DNA of 64,000 bases from an uncultured delta proteobacterium (GTDB lineage Bacteria; Desulfobacterota; Syntrophorhabdia; Syntrophorhabdales; WCHB1-27): assembly GCA_963810935.1 (NCBI GenBank), contig CAWEPK010000017.1:32001-96000 (forward strand), read 5' to 3'. How positions within the stretch are numbered: the first letter of the stretch is position 1; each line of letters opens with the position of its first letter. The notes below the pieces were generated by a model that saw only the letters and a program-made list of their open reading frames with translations, ran no database searches and was not told the origin of the DNA. The translations under genes were made by a program, and so were the position numbers. This document shows positions 22,325 to 35,027 of this stretch, piece by piece.

Positions 22325-22517
22325 TAGATTTACTGATCAGTTCATAAGTAAAGCCTCTTTATGGTATACTGGGAGGCATGAGAGAGACTGATGGGAGAAA
22401 GCTCAAACATGATGTTCTGGAAGCTATCCGGATACGCGCGGTGCGGCGGATAGAAGAGAGAGATCCCCGAGGTGGTCATCAAGGCTCTGGGAATGAACCG
22501 TCGTACCATCTACCGCG
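22325..22517 (+). mobile_element. IS630-family transposase 5' remnant
   Basis: ATG 22378: MRETDGRKLKHDVLEAIRIRAVRRIE..PEVVIKALGMNRRTIYR resembles IS630 N-termini; truncated; left boundary is a guess. Confidence 0.7.
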
Positions 22518-23650
22518 GAAGTCGTACAGCTAATTGCCCCTTGTATCTGTCCTTACCCGCCCTGATTTACCAATGAGATCGATCAAATTAGTCGTGATGT
22601 TGGAAAGGTTTACAAGCTGCTAAAATTGTAAAGTATTCATACATCCTGTCAAGACGAAAGTGCCTCCGGTAATAAGGCCGGACTGCAAAGACACCGAAAC
22701 AAACAGGCTATTTACAAGGCGTTTTAGGGTCCAGCCCTTTCCGACGCCTCTTAAGTCTTACAACCGAAGTTTGACGCGCTGCGCGCCTTAACGGTGTACA
22801 ACCGGCCCGGGGCCCCAGCAGATCGCCATGTCCGCAGCGTGCAACTTTCTCAAAACGGCCTCATCGGCCTAACCAAGGCTCTACGCACTTAATTCCACCC
22901 ACCGATAGCATAAGAGACCAGGCCGTGTGCCCGGCGTCCGGAACGACGAACCTCTTTTCGACATTTCGGAGTCCTTCGCGCTGGTCGAACCACGCGGTTC
23001 TGAAAATTCTGCCGCAGGATTATAGCCGACCGCATTCCGGTCGATCGACAAACAGGTAAGTGGGAAATGAAGGAGAAAAGGATGCGATCACCCGCCGGGT
23101 ACGCAGGGTGCCGAATGGACGAATATAGATTCTGCCAAAAAGAAATGGCCGTACCCGTTTCTCTTCTTCCTTGTGGCATTCGGTACTTTTACGCGTCTCG
23201 CCGGTGGGCTCTGATTGTAGGTGAAATACGGAGTATTTTGAATAGGATCGGGGGCTTGATTTGCCGGCGACAGACTGCACCACCCGCTCTCGCCGCAATT
23301 GTCCGCTCGTAAGGACAATTGCGGCAGCGTGACCACCGGATCACAATCACTGTCCCTTTGCTTTTTTCCGGCCTAAAGCCGGGCGGCAGGGCATGCCGAT
23401 GCCGACCACCCCTAACAGCAGTTGTCCGCCCCGGCGGACAACTGTTGTAGTGCCCGGAGGAGCCGCATGGAGGATGCTTCATATGCGGATGCAATGGGAG
23501 CCGTGGCGGCCGGAGATCGTACATTCGTACATCGGAGGCCCCACGGCGAGCATGGCGCCGCAGAGGGAGTATTCTTCATGCGGCGAGTCCAGACCTGGCC
23601 ACACTATCCGCCTTAGCCTCTATAACCGCACCGATGCACTTCCAGACCCG

Positions 23651-24930
23651 CTAAATCACGCTGCCCGCAGGTATCACTGCACCCTTTGGTATCACCGTGA
23701 TGCCGTCGCGCACCCAGTATAGCTCCGACTCGTACGACTCTCCCCGCGCCTTCGCCCGTATCGTCACGCCGTCGCCTATATGCACGCTCTTGTCGATGAT
23801 GGCCCTCTCGATGATGCAGTTCCTCCCGATGCCCATGGCCGGGTTGCCTGCGGGTGCGTCCTCATCTGCGACGAGCTGCTCCCCATCGTAGAAATCCTCA
23901 CCCAGCAGCACGACTTGGTCGAGCGTAGTCCCCTCGCGGATTACGCTGCGCACGCCAACCACCGAATCGGTCACGCGGGCGTTCACGATGCAGGAGCCTT
24001 CGCAAAGCAGGCTGTCGCGTATCTCCGAGCCGATCACGCGGCCCGGAGGCAGCGGGCGGCTGCGCGTATAGATCGGCTGTCGCGGCGCGTAGAGGTCGAA
24101 GGCCGCATCCGGCTTTGTCAGGCCGATATTTGCGTCGAAGAACGCCTCTACCGTCCCGATATCGCGCCAATAGCCGGCAAAAGGGTAAGCGGCCACGCTG
24201 TACCGGCTCATCGCCCATTCGAATATGCCGGTGCTGAAATCGTTCGCGCCGTTCTCGGTGAGCGCCTTTTTCAGCACTTCCGGCCTGAACACGTAAATGC
24301 CCATCGAGCCGAGCGCGCTGCCCGGCCGTATATCCGTCGCGCCGGGGAAAAGCGCAGGCGGAACGGGAAAGGCATCGATCACTCTGTCATCTTGCGGCTT
24401 CTCCATGAACCGCCGTACGACGCACGAGGCGTCTACGCCGACGAGCCCCATCCTGCGGGCGTCCGCCCTTTCCACGGGGCAGACGCAAATCGTGACGTCC
24501 GCCTTCGATTGCCTGTGGGACCGTAGCAACTCCGCGAAGTCCATGCGGTAAAGCTGGTCGCCGGAAAGTATAAGTATCTCGTCGGAGTGGTAGTAAAGCG
24601 TGTGGTTCATGGTCGCCCGCACTGCGTCGGCAGGCCCCTGGAACCAGTCGCTTTTCTGCGCCGTCTGCTCCGCGGCGAGGATGTCGACGAAGCCGTCCGA
24701 GAACTCGTCGAACCGGTATGTCTGCATGATGTGGCGGTGGAGGCTCGCGGAAAGGAACTGGGTCAGCACGAAGATGCGCTTGATCCCCGAATTGATGCAG
24801 TTGGACAGCGGTATGTCGATGATCCTGTATTTGCCCGCAAAACCGACCGCAGGCTTGGCCCGCTTCAGCGTAAGCGGATAAAGCCGCGTGCCGCGCCGCC
24901 GCCGAGGATGATAGCCGTCATTCCATCCAT
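23651..24930 (-). CDS. glgC: Glucose-1-phosphate adenylyltransferase (frameshift near 24893)
   Basis: IILGGG / GTRLYPLT..AKPAV..GKYRIIDIPLSNCINSG, WFQGPADAVR, LSGDQLYRMD, GYWRDIGT. Confidence 0.95.
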
Positions 24931-25014
24931 ATTTATATATTCCAGCACAAGGGCGTACGCATGCAAGCTACTTCTATTCTTCGTTAACAAAAGCTTGCAA
25001 AAGAGGGGGCTATC

Positions 25015-25156
25015 ATTGGGCTTCAGCAGCCCCTCCACGGGCAAAGCCGCGGAGCCACCCCGCTCGCGCGGCGCATACGCTTGCTTTGGGCAATCATTGG
25101 GGTTCAGCACCCCCGCTGCGACCCTTCCCTCCTCACGTCGGGCGGGCACCCCGGCT
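25015..25156. repeat. Diverged copy of the hairpin-rich repeat at 56349-56654
   Basis: Shares TTGGGGTTCAGCACCCCC, GGGCAAAGCC, GCGCGGCGCAT.CGCTTGCTTT and GCGACCCTTCCCTCCT.ACGTCGGGCGGG blocks. Confidence 0.85.
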
Positions 25157-25194
25157 TCCTTGCTGCCGCCCCGAAATGTGTCCCGGCCTGCCGG

Positions 25195-28100
25195 CTATTT
25201 GTTTGTCCCGCCTGCACCGCCTTCCCCGCCCTGGCTGCCGCCTTCCAGGTCGAACTGCATGCCGTCTGCATTGATCGATTTTATAGTGGCCGAGTAGCTG
25301 CCCGAATCGGAGTAGACGATATGGTTATCCATCGTCCCGTTTACCGTCCCGGTGTTCGTTGGCGTAAAGCAGCCGATCTGGTTGTTCAGCCCCTGGCCGG
25401 TAGAATTGCTCCCCTGGCCGCTAAAAGAAGCCTGCCCGCCCGTCTGCTGGCCGTTGGACTCGAAATTGGCTTCCTGCTGGGCCGCGAATGCCTCCGCCGT
25501 CGCCACGGCTGTCTGTTGTGACGTAGCCTGCTGAGTAAGGGTCTGGGCGTTGGCAACCGCCGTCGCGGCTGATTGGGCCGCGTTCGACTCGGGCGGCCCT
25601 TGAGTGGACGAGCCAAAAGTGCTGGTGGTTGTCGATACACCGGTGCCAGAGCCTCTTCCGACGCCTGTTGATTCACCCGTCGTCGTTGGGTTGAAGGTGT
25701 TACCGTTGAATGTGGTGCTGCCGTTGCGGCCGGCGAACCCATCGACATAGGAGGAGGCGTAAGTCCCCGTCAACGAGACATTGCCGAAGGCGGAAGAATT
25801 ATTGACCTGCCCGCTGAACGAGTAGCCCCCAAAGCTGCCGCTAAGCCCGTAACTATAGGCACCCGACGAATCTCCAGGTACCGTCGTGGTAGATGATAAC
25901 GTAGTATAGGAAACCGAATTATTGATGATGCCACTTCCGTTGCCATTTACATTGTAACCGAAGAACCCGCCGATACTGGTAAAGGGAATGTTCGATCCCG
26001 CCGCGGACGACGCTATCACTGCCCCGTCCGAAAGGGAGTTACTGATGACACCGCCATTGTTTTTTCCGACGAACCCACCGAAGCCAAGTCCTCCGTTAAG
26101 GGTCGTCGTGTAGGCATTGTAATTGGTTTCGTAAATGGTCACCGTTCCATACGAGGCGGAGTTAAGGATCACGGCATGAGAACTGCCTTCGGACACATTT
26201 TCCCCGACGAAGCCGCCGACTGCGTAAGCATCCGTCGCGTTGACGTTCACATTGGCCCGTGAACCGTAAATGACGCCTTCGTTTATTCCGGCGAAGCCGC
26301 CAATATCTTCGCCGCCCGTGAAGGAGGTCCCCACCGCTGACCCGATGACATTCACTGTCCCGCTAACATAGGCGTTGATGATGGTGCCGTTGTTCACACC
26401 GATAAGGGCGCCGTCACCGATTGCCTCGGAGTTTATGGTGACCTTCGTCAGGTTGATGTCGCGGATCGTGCCGTAATTGCCGCCAAAGAAGGACGCCGGC
26501 GTCAATGCCGGATTGGCCGTTACGGTGACGCCGCTGATGCTATTTCCCAGGCCTTCAAAGATTGACCCGGTTGCCATGCCGCTGATCGGAGGGGCTGTAA
26601 ATGCCGTGCTCGGCGCGGTTAGATTTGAAGCCAAGGCATAATAGCCAACACCGTTATTGGTGTTGATGACGCTCAGATCGTGCGGCCCCGACCCGCCAAT
26701 GCTTGTAATAAGCGTATAGACATTCCCGTTGATGATCACCGGAGTGGCCGCGGTGCTATTGACGAAATCGAGGCTGCCGATGAAGGACCAGGGTGTTGGA
26801 GCTATCGGAGGCGTCGTCGCGGTAGCGGGTGTGGCGGGTTGGAAGAGGAAATTGAACCCGCCAAAGGGCGTTCCATAGGTCGCGGTCGGACTTCCTCCGG
26901 ACATGCTCGTGTCCATCGCAGTATCATAGGTTGCGACGAACTGCGCATTAGCGCTCGCCGTCATCACCGCATTCACATTGATGAAGCCGCCCGCAGCGCC
27001 GGCGTTCAGCGTCAGCGTGCCGGCCGACCAGTTCACCGTATCGTTGACGTTGATATTCGTGCCAGAGAAGGTCCAGGCGCCGTTGTTCGCCCAGGTCTGC
27101 GGGGCGTTGATGTTCACGTTATTCCCGGCGGTCGCGCCCAGCGTGGCGACTTGCAGGGAGGATGGGGCATTGATGTTGACATCAGTGCCTGCCGTCAGCG
27201 TGAGCGTTCCCACGGGCGCTGTGACCGCCGCGTTGACATTGATGGCGTTGGTGGCGGTGAGCGACAGGGTGTTGGCTGTGGTCCAGCTCACCACATCGTT
27301 GACGTTGATATTGCCGTCGTTCGCTCCGTTGTTGCCGCTGCCCTGTGTCGATGCGATAGTGACATTGTTAGCGGCAAGCTCGCTGCCTAGCGTCGCGCCT
27401 GTAATGTCCCCCCCGCTTGCCGCTATAGTAAACCCATCCGGGTCTATAACCCACGTCCCCGCCTTGCCGTAAGCCGCAGCCGTGGTTATCACCGCCGAAT
27501 TGGCTATGTTGACATTGGCGCCCGACGTCTCTATCAACCCCCCATCCCCACCGTTAGGAGCAGAGGCGTCCAGCGTACCTGCCACGTTGACCGTGCCCCC
27601 ATCCGCATAGAGCTTTATGTTGCCTTTAAGGTCGTCTATGGTGCGCGCCTGGATCAGCCCTGAGTTATTCACCTGGGCGGATAGGAGGTCGTCTGCTGCT
27701 TTGGCGGTAAGTATTACCGTACCCCCGTCCGCATAGATGGCCTGCTTGTTCTCTACCAGGGCATTTAAGGCGCCCTGGTCTATCGTTAGGTTAAGGAGGG
27801 AGTTGCCGTTGAAGTTGAGGGTTATCTGGTCGCCTGAGGCTAAAGCTACCGTACCCTTGGTAGCTGCTATTACCCCCTGGTTGGATACCGTATTGCCTAG
27901 AAGGGCTACATACCCTCCGTTGTTGGCTGTTATAGTCCCCTGGTTAACTACGGAGCCTAAAGAGCCGTTGGCGTTGAATACGTAGTTGCCTGCGTTGAAG
28001 TCCGCATCCGTTATGTTCAGGGTACTGGCTAAGAAGCCTGAGGTATTTACACTAGACCCCTTGGTGAAGAGGATGCCGTTGGAGTTGATAAGATATACCC

Positions 28101-28438
28101 TGCCTGTGGCATTTAATGCACCCTGGATGATACTGCTCTCATTGCCGACCACCCTGTTCAGGGTGATGGCGTAGATGCCTAGGCTGGTTGAAGTTGACCG
28201 TCTCTGCCGGTGCGATGCTGAAGGTCTGCCAGTTGATGGAGGCCTTGTTCGTGGACTGGTTGATGTTCGTTGTATTGCCCGACTGGACTATGGCGGCGGT
28301 GCCGCTTGTGACTACGCCGCCCGTGGGGGCGGCTAGAAGAGGGCCTGCAAGGAGGCCGTAGAGCCAAAGGACTGTCATAAGCAGGGCAATCGCCCTCTTT
28401 GTCTCTTTAAACCCATTACCGTTAAAGCATTTCATCAC
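25195..28438 (-). CDS. TpsA/filamentous haemagglutinin-family exoprotein with GLUG-like repeats (frameshift near 28170)
   Basis: Signal peptide, APTGGVV, INWQTFSI..ETVNFNQP, GRVYLINSNGILF, WVIDP, repeated IGGFAG/VGGFVG. Confidence 0.88.
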
Positions 28439-28694
28439 GACCTCCCTTCAATTAGTCAAAGGTGTAGATACAGCGTCCGCAGGTATTTCGGTTTACGGGT
28501 TTTGCTAAGGCTGCGGCTTCCCGCCGTACCTTATGCGTTATTTATGCATGTATACAACATTATGATACGTTATATCCCATAGTACCTAACGCTTGTCAAG
28601 ATTATTTCTTAAAATACTTTTGCGGGCTTATAAGTTTTTCTTAGTTTGAATTATTCGGGGTCCGCCGCCCTTCGGTGGGCGATACGCTCGCTTC

Positions 28695-28726
28695 AAAAAA
28701 AGAGGGGGCCTGAAAGAGGCCCCCTC
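28695..28726 (-). terminator. groEL intrinsic terminator
   Basis: Minus strand GAGGGGGCCT-CTTTC-AGGCCCCCTC followed by T7. Confidence 0.85.
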
Positions 28727-28750
28727 CGGTACTTTTTATTCGTTAACCTG

Positions 28751-30394
<1,644 letters not shown>

Positions 30395-30399
30395 TTATA

Positions 30400-30690
30400 T
30401 TAATCTTCGATTACGGCAAGGACGTCGTCTTCCCTCAGGATGAGGTGTTCCTCGCCGTCGATCTTTATCTCGGTTCCCGAATATTTTCCGAAGAGAATCT
30501 TGTCGCCGACCTTAACGGACAAAGGAGACCTCTTACCGCTTTCGAGCACCTTACCGTCGCCCACTGCTGTCACGCGCCCTTCCTGGGGCTTCTCTTTGGC
30601 AGCGTCAGGAATGATAATGCCGCCCTTCGTTTTCTCCTCTTCCTCGATCCTCTTGATGACCAGTCTGTCCTGTAATGGTTTGACCTTCAT
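30400..30690 (-). CDS. groS: Co-chaperonin GroES
   Basis: [27 protein letters not shown]. Confidence 0.98.
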   Translation of the reverse strand: MKVKPLQDRLVIKRIEEEEKTKGGIIIPDAAKEKPQEGRVTAVGDGKVLESGKRSPLSVKVGDKILFGKYSGTEIKIDGEEHLILREDDVLAVIED

Positions 30691-30719
30691 CGTATCACGC
30701 TCCTTTCTTGAATTTGGAA

Positions 30720-30746
30720 ATAGCAATCTGTGAGAATGATTGCTAA
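30720..30746 (-). promoter_or_regulatory. CIRCE (HrcA operator) variant
   Basis: TTAGCAATC-N9-GATTGCTAT between the promoter and groS. Confidence 0.85.
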
Positions 30747-30748
30747 AA

Positions 30749-30780
30749 ATAATATAATGGGTGCACCGCTTTTTTGTCAA
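30749..30780 (-). promoter_or_regulatory. sigma70-type promoter of groESL
   Basis: TTGACA at 30780-30775, then TATATT/TATTAT about 18-20 nt downstream. Confidence 0.65.
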
Positions 30781-30898
30781 TAGCTGGGGAGATTTTTTTT
30801 AGGCGGCTCCCGGCGTCTATAATGACTTGCATCCCGCTTTGCCCGGAATAACGGCGAAAAGAGCCTGGAATAAAGGACGGGGTAAATTATTGGAATCT

Positions 30899-31183
30899 TT
30901 ATCCCCCGCCGAGGAGGATAAGGGAGAGCCGGACGGTGTCGCCGTCGCGGAGGGGGGTAGCCAGGCCGTCGGGCAGGCTATTGTGGGGCATTTCGTTGAG
31001 CGCCACTTCGAAGACGCCCTCCAGCCGCAATTCCCCGGTTCGAGAATCGATCATCTCCCGGCCGACCGGCGTCCCCGTAAAGAGCCTGACGAGAAGGTCT
31101 TGCAGGAGACCGGCTTCCATCTCTATCTCGCCGGGGACCTCCGGCATGTGTACGGTGGTCCTGATATATATTTTCATTTTCAT
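30899..31183 (-). CDS. MoaD/ThiS-family sulfur carrier
   Basis: About 94 aa; LATPLRDGDTV; C-terminal GGG. Confidence 0.8.
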   Translation of the reverse strand: MKMKIYIRTTVHMPEVPGEIEMEAGLLQDLLVRLFTGTPVGREMIDSRTGELRLEGVFEVALNEMPHNSLPDGLATPLRDGDTVRLSLILLGGG

Positions 31184-31254
31184 GGCTATTATCGGCAAAT
31201 CATGGGCGATTGTCAAGCTCCCGGGGGAGGGGGGAATGGGTCAGTTTGAGATTA

Positions 31255-31390
31255 GCCAACGCTATGACCCTGTACGTCATGTACTACAACTTATGCCGGA
31301 TTCACAAGACTCGGGGAGTAACCGCCGGCAATGATAGCAGAGGTAACAGATCATGTGTGGGAGGTCAAGGATATAATAAGTTTAATATAA
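31255..31390 (+). mobile_element. IS1-like DDE transposase C-terminal remnant
   Basis: LYVMYYNLCRIHKT.GVT / AMIAEVTDHVWEVKDII resembles the YNFCRIHKTLRVTPAM..VTDHVW tail. Confidence 0.65.
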
Positions 31391-31411
31391 TCAATTCCTC
31401 CCAGTAATTAG

Positions 31412-31503
31412 GTTTACAAAACAAGACTTACAGTTGACAACAAAGCTCTAAAGGTTTACACTTATTCAAGACAAGGTTGACAAGATGGAGGGGCGAGGTG
31501 ACA
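31412..31503 (+). promoter_or_regulatory. Periodic GTTKACA heptamer array (candidate operator)
   Basis: Heptamers start at 31412, 31433, 31454, 31476 and 31497 (spacing 21, 21, 22, 21). Confidence 0.6.
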
Positions 31504-32571
31504 AGATTAAGAAAACGAGGCGAAATCGTAAGAGAATTTATCTTGGAGCACATTGAAAACGACGGGCAAAACATAGTCCAGACAACTATGGATAATTTCA
31601 AGATCACGCGGCAAGCCGTCTACAAGCATCTTAGAAACCTCAAAGAGCAAGGCTGTGTGGTTATAGGGGTAAATGGGCTACCCAAATTAGGACCACAAGA
31701 AAAGTGGGATACTACCCTGTCTATAGCGGAAAATGTTCATGAAGATGTTGTTTGGCGAACTATAGTAGCCCCGAAGGTCGGGCGATTGTCAGACAATGCT
31801 TTGTCGATTTGGAGTTATGGGTTTACAGAAATCTATAATAACGTTGTTGATCACTCAGGAAGCGATACTGTATGGATTGAGGTCGAAAAAACGGCTCTGA
31901 CCACGAATGTGGTAATATTGGATCGTGGGATTGGCATATTTACTAAGATCAAGACTGCACTGGACCTACTTGACGAAAGACATGCAGTCTTAGAATTAAC
32001 AAAGGGCAAACTCACGACTGATCCTGCCAGTCATACGGGGGAGGGTATCTTTTTTACTTCTCGCATGTTCGATATGTTTAGCATCTTATCTGGCGAGGTT
32101 TTTCTTTCCCACAGTTATGGGAAAGACGAGGATTGGATATTACAAAACTCAGAATATTGTAAGGGAACATGGATCACTATGAAACTTAAGAACAATACCT
32201 CTCGAACCACAAAAGAGGTATTTGATGGCTTTAAAACAGGCGATGAGATTGGATTTACCAAGACAGTAGTTCCTGTGAGATTGGCGTTATATGGAAACGA
32301 GCAATTAATTTCACGTTCTCAAGGTAAACGACTCATGGAAAGGGTAGATAGATTCAAAACGGTTATTCTGGATTTTGCAGGAGTGCAGACAGTAGGCCGA
32401 GCGTTTGCAGACGAAATTTTCAGGGTTTTTGCAAATCGGCATCCGAATATACAAATTATTCCCGTAAACGACGGACCGGAGGTCAAGAGCATGATCGTCA
32501 GGGCGCATTTACAAGCTTTTCTCGATAAACAACAAACGAACGAGGGGAAAAGCGATATCTCTTCGGAGTAA
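31498..32571 (+). CDS. HTH + HATPase + STAS-like (DUF4325) protein
   Basis: ITRQAVYKHLRNL HTH; FTEIYNNVVDHS, DRGIGIF, HTGEGIFFTSR; SRSQGKRL..LDFAGV..FADEIFR; low GC. Confidence 0.85.
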   Translation: MTRLRKRGEIVREFILEHIENDGQNIVQTTMDNFKITRQAVYKHLRNLKEQGCVVIGVNGLPKLGPQEKWDTTLSIAENVHEDVVWRTIVAPKVGRLSDNALSIWSYGFTEIYNNVVDHSGSDTVWIEVEKTALTTNVVILDRGIGIFTKIKTALDLLDERHAVLELTKGKLTTDPASHTGEGIFFTSRMFDMFSILSGEVFLSHSYGKDEDWILQNSEYCKGTWITMKLKNNTSRTTKEVFDGFKTGDEIGFTKTVVPVRLALYGNEQLISRSQGKRLMERVDRFKTVILDFAGVQTVGRAFADEIFRVFANRHPNIQIIPVNDGPEVKSMIVRAHLQAFLDKQQTNEGKSDISSE

Positions 32572-32681
32572 TCCGCTATAGTTCAACCGCACAAGCACGA
32601 TTTGAAACTGGCCTGCTACCGGGAGAGGCGGATCGGGCTTTTTATGAAAACCCTTGCCGCCGCAGTCGATGATATGATAGA

Positions 32682-33270
32682 AATGACCATGATGGTAAAG
32701 ACTATAAAATGCGTTCTTGTCCTTTCGGTCCTGATGCTCGCGGTTAGTGCCCCTCCTGTCCGGGCGTTCAAGGAGACGGACCTGGAGAAGCTAAAATCTA
32801 CCCAGTCATGCTCCTTTTGCGACCTGAAGGAGGCGCAGTTCGTGGCGGCAAAGCTGTCCGGCACGCGGCTGTCAGGCGCAAGGCTTTCCGGGGCAGACCT
32901 GACCGGCGCCGACCTGTCAAAAGCCAACCTGAGGAACGCGGTCATGATAAAGGCAGTCCTCAACAAGGCCAACCTGACGGGGGCGGACCTGTCGGGGGCC
33001 AATCTGACGGAGGCCCGGCTTTCCCACGCAGACCTCACGGACATCAAATTGGACGGTGCAGACCTGGCTAACGCAGACCTGTCCCACTCGACGCTGTCGG
33101 GCGGGAGCCTTGCCCGTGCGAACCTGACCGGCGCCGACCTTTCAGACGTAGATCTCTCGGGCGTGAGCCTGTCGGGCGCACGTTGGACTAACGGGGAGAG
33201 GTGCACCGAGGAATCGGTCGGCGACTGCGCCAAGGCGCCCGTCCGGACCAAGCCGGGATTTATGTGGTAA
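32682..33270 (+). CDS. Exported pentapeptide-repeat protein (start uncertain)
   Basis: Signal peptide, CSFCDL, A(D/N)LxG repeats, WTNGERC tail. Confidence 0.9.
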
Positions 33271-33386
33271 ATGCCGGCGCCCTTCCGGCAGGTACAAACT
33301 GCATATCAGCGGAAAATTCTCGCTCCCTCAAGTTGACATCGATTAGAGAAACAGGGTTTGGATAACGGGTAAGAGCCGGAGCGGAT

Positions 33387-34910
33387 TTATCTGCGGGCGA
33401 CCAGCCTCTTCGTCTTCGTGCGGTGGCCCTTCCTTGCCGTCTTCGTACGGTCGGCCCGGTCCGTCTTATGCACGACGTGCCGTGTCAGGCTGGCTTTGAC
33501 TGCGGCCGGACCGCGGCTTTTCTTTATTTTCGCATTGGCGAGGGTCACAACCTCGTCATCTAAGTCCGCGTCCTGCATGACGGCCTGTCCGTGGGTATCG
33601 CCCGCAGTTACGGCCGCCCCTTTCGCACTGGCGAACCTGGGGATGAAGACGACCTTGTTTGCCCCGCGCTTGCCGCCTGTCCCCCCGTTGACGAGGGCGA
33701 AGTCGGAGTGGGAGACGTTGTATTGCTTCAGGACGCCGGCAAGTGATTCCTTCTTTTTTATGGAGTGCTTAACTACGCCCAAAAGCTGCCCGCCGCCCTC
33801 GAACTCCTCGTTTATCTTCTTTTTGACCGCTTCCTTGTCGGAGACGCCCGGCAGGGTTATCCTGTACGACTTGCCCGGCGGGGTCACACCCCGTGTAAGC
33901 TCCGGGTTTAGCACGGACAATTCGGCCGGGTCTATCGCCAGGGCGCGCGCGATCCTCGGCAGGGGCAGGCCACCCGCCACTTCTACCTTTGTCAGCGTAT
34001 CGACGGACGCCGACGGCTTCCCGTCAAAACCATATTTTTCAGGGTCTTTCGCAATAAGCGCGGCGGCGATCAACTGGGGCACGTATTCCTGGGTTTCGCG
34101 GGGCAGCTTCTTAAACCGGCGCAGCTTCCAAAAATCCCGCGTGTCGTTTTTTACGATGGCCTTTTCGATCCTGTGCTCCCCTGCGTTGTAGCCCGCAGCG
34201 GCCAGGTACCAGCAGCCGAACCTGTCGAAAAGCTCTTTCAGGTAGCGCGCGGCCGCCACTGTGGACTTCTCCACGTCGCACCGCTCATCCACCCAGAAGC
34301 CGACGTGCAGCCCGTACCGCTCGCCCGTCTCATGGATGAACTGCCAGGGGCCTTTCGCCTTTGCAGGGGAATAGGCCCTCATGTTGAAACCGCTTTCGAT
34401 CATGGAAAGATAGACGAGGTCTTCGGGCATGTTGTGCGCTTTGAGGATCGACCTGATCGTCGGCGCATACCTCTGGGCGCGCACAAGCCACCGGGCGAAG
34501 ACCTTGCGTTTCTTCTCGGAGAAATATTTTATGTAGAGATTTACGGCATCGTTAAGTACAAGGGGCATGTCGAAGCCGCCCGACTGGTGCGACGCTTCGA
34601 GGTTCTTCCGCACCGTCTCGACGATATTCTTCTCTTCGTCGGTGAGGCCGGTCGTCTGTGACTCCGGGGAGGCTGCATCGCGGCCGCTCAACCCTGCCGC
34701 GTCCGCTGCGTCCGGAATGCCGATAAACAGGTTGTCGGGAGGGTCGCTTTCGGCTTCGTCTGCTTCGCCGGTCTGCGATTTCATGTCGGACACGGCCGGG
34801 CTGCCCGTGTTCGCGGCCATTCCCACTGGCGCGTTTGCGCAGAATAACCGGGGGCAGGAAAAGAGCAAAATTAAACCGAACGTCAGGGACGCGAGGATAG
34901 TCCTTCTCAT
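33387..34910 (-). CDS. mltD: MltD-like lytic transglycosylase
   Basis: LSMIESGF, GPWQF, AAARYLKEL, AAGYNAGE, LPRETQEYVP. Confidence 0.88.
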   Translation of the reverse strand: MRRTILASLTFGLILLFSCPRLFCANAPVGMAANTGSPAVSDMKSQTGEADEAESDPPDNLFIGIPDAADAAGLSGRDAASPESQTTGLTDEEKNIVETVRKNLEASHQSGGFDMPLVLNDAVNLYIKYFSEKKRKVFARWLVRAQRYAPTIRSILKAHNMPEDLVYLSMIESGFNMRAYSPAKAKGPWQFIHETGERYGLHVGFWVDERCDVEKSTVAAARYLKELFDRFGCWYLAAAGYNAGEHRIEKAIVKNDTRDFWKLRRFKKLPRETQEYVPQLIAAALIAKDPEKYGFDGKPSASVDTLTKVEVAGGLPLPRIARALAIDPAELSVLNPELTRGVTPPGKSYRITLPGVSDKEAVKKKINEEFEGGGQLLGVVKHSIKKKESLAGVLKQYNVSHSDFALVNGGTGGKRGANKVVFIPRFASAKGAAVTAGDTHGQAVMQDADLDDEVVTLANAKIKKSRGPAAVKASLTRHVVHKTDRADRTKTARKGHRTKTKRLVARR

Positions 34911-35027
34911 AAGGGTAAGTGAGCTTAGCAGAACCGCGCTTCTGCCGTCAATAAAAAAAGCGCGAAAACCGACCGTCCGGGCTGTTTTTATGCGGGCGGC
35001 GCGGATGGCCGCCCGGCTGGCTACCTT

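Noticed and set aside
22660..23645. Possible genes, tRNA or integron attC sites in a 1-kb gap
   Set aside because: Only short motif-less ORFs; no cloverleaf, paired attC boxes or integrase found.
28440..28560. c-di-GMP riboswitch upstream of the TpsA-like gene
   Set aside because: Some pairing is possible, but the GEMM consensus elements are not present.
32820..33180. 15-bp periodic DNA repeats
   Set aside because: They are the coding pattern of the pentapeptide-repeat protein.
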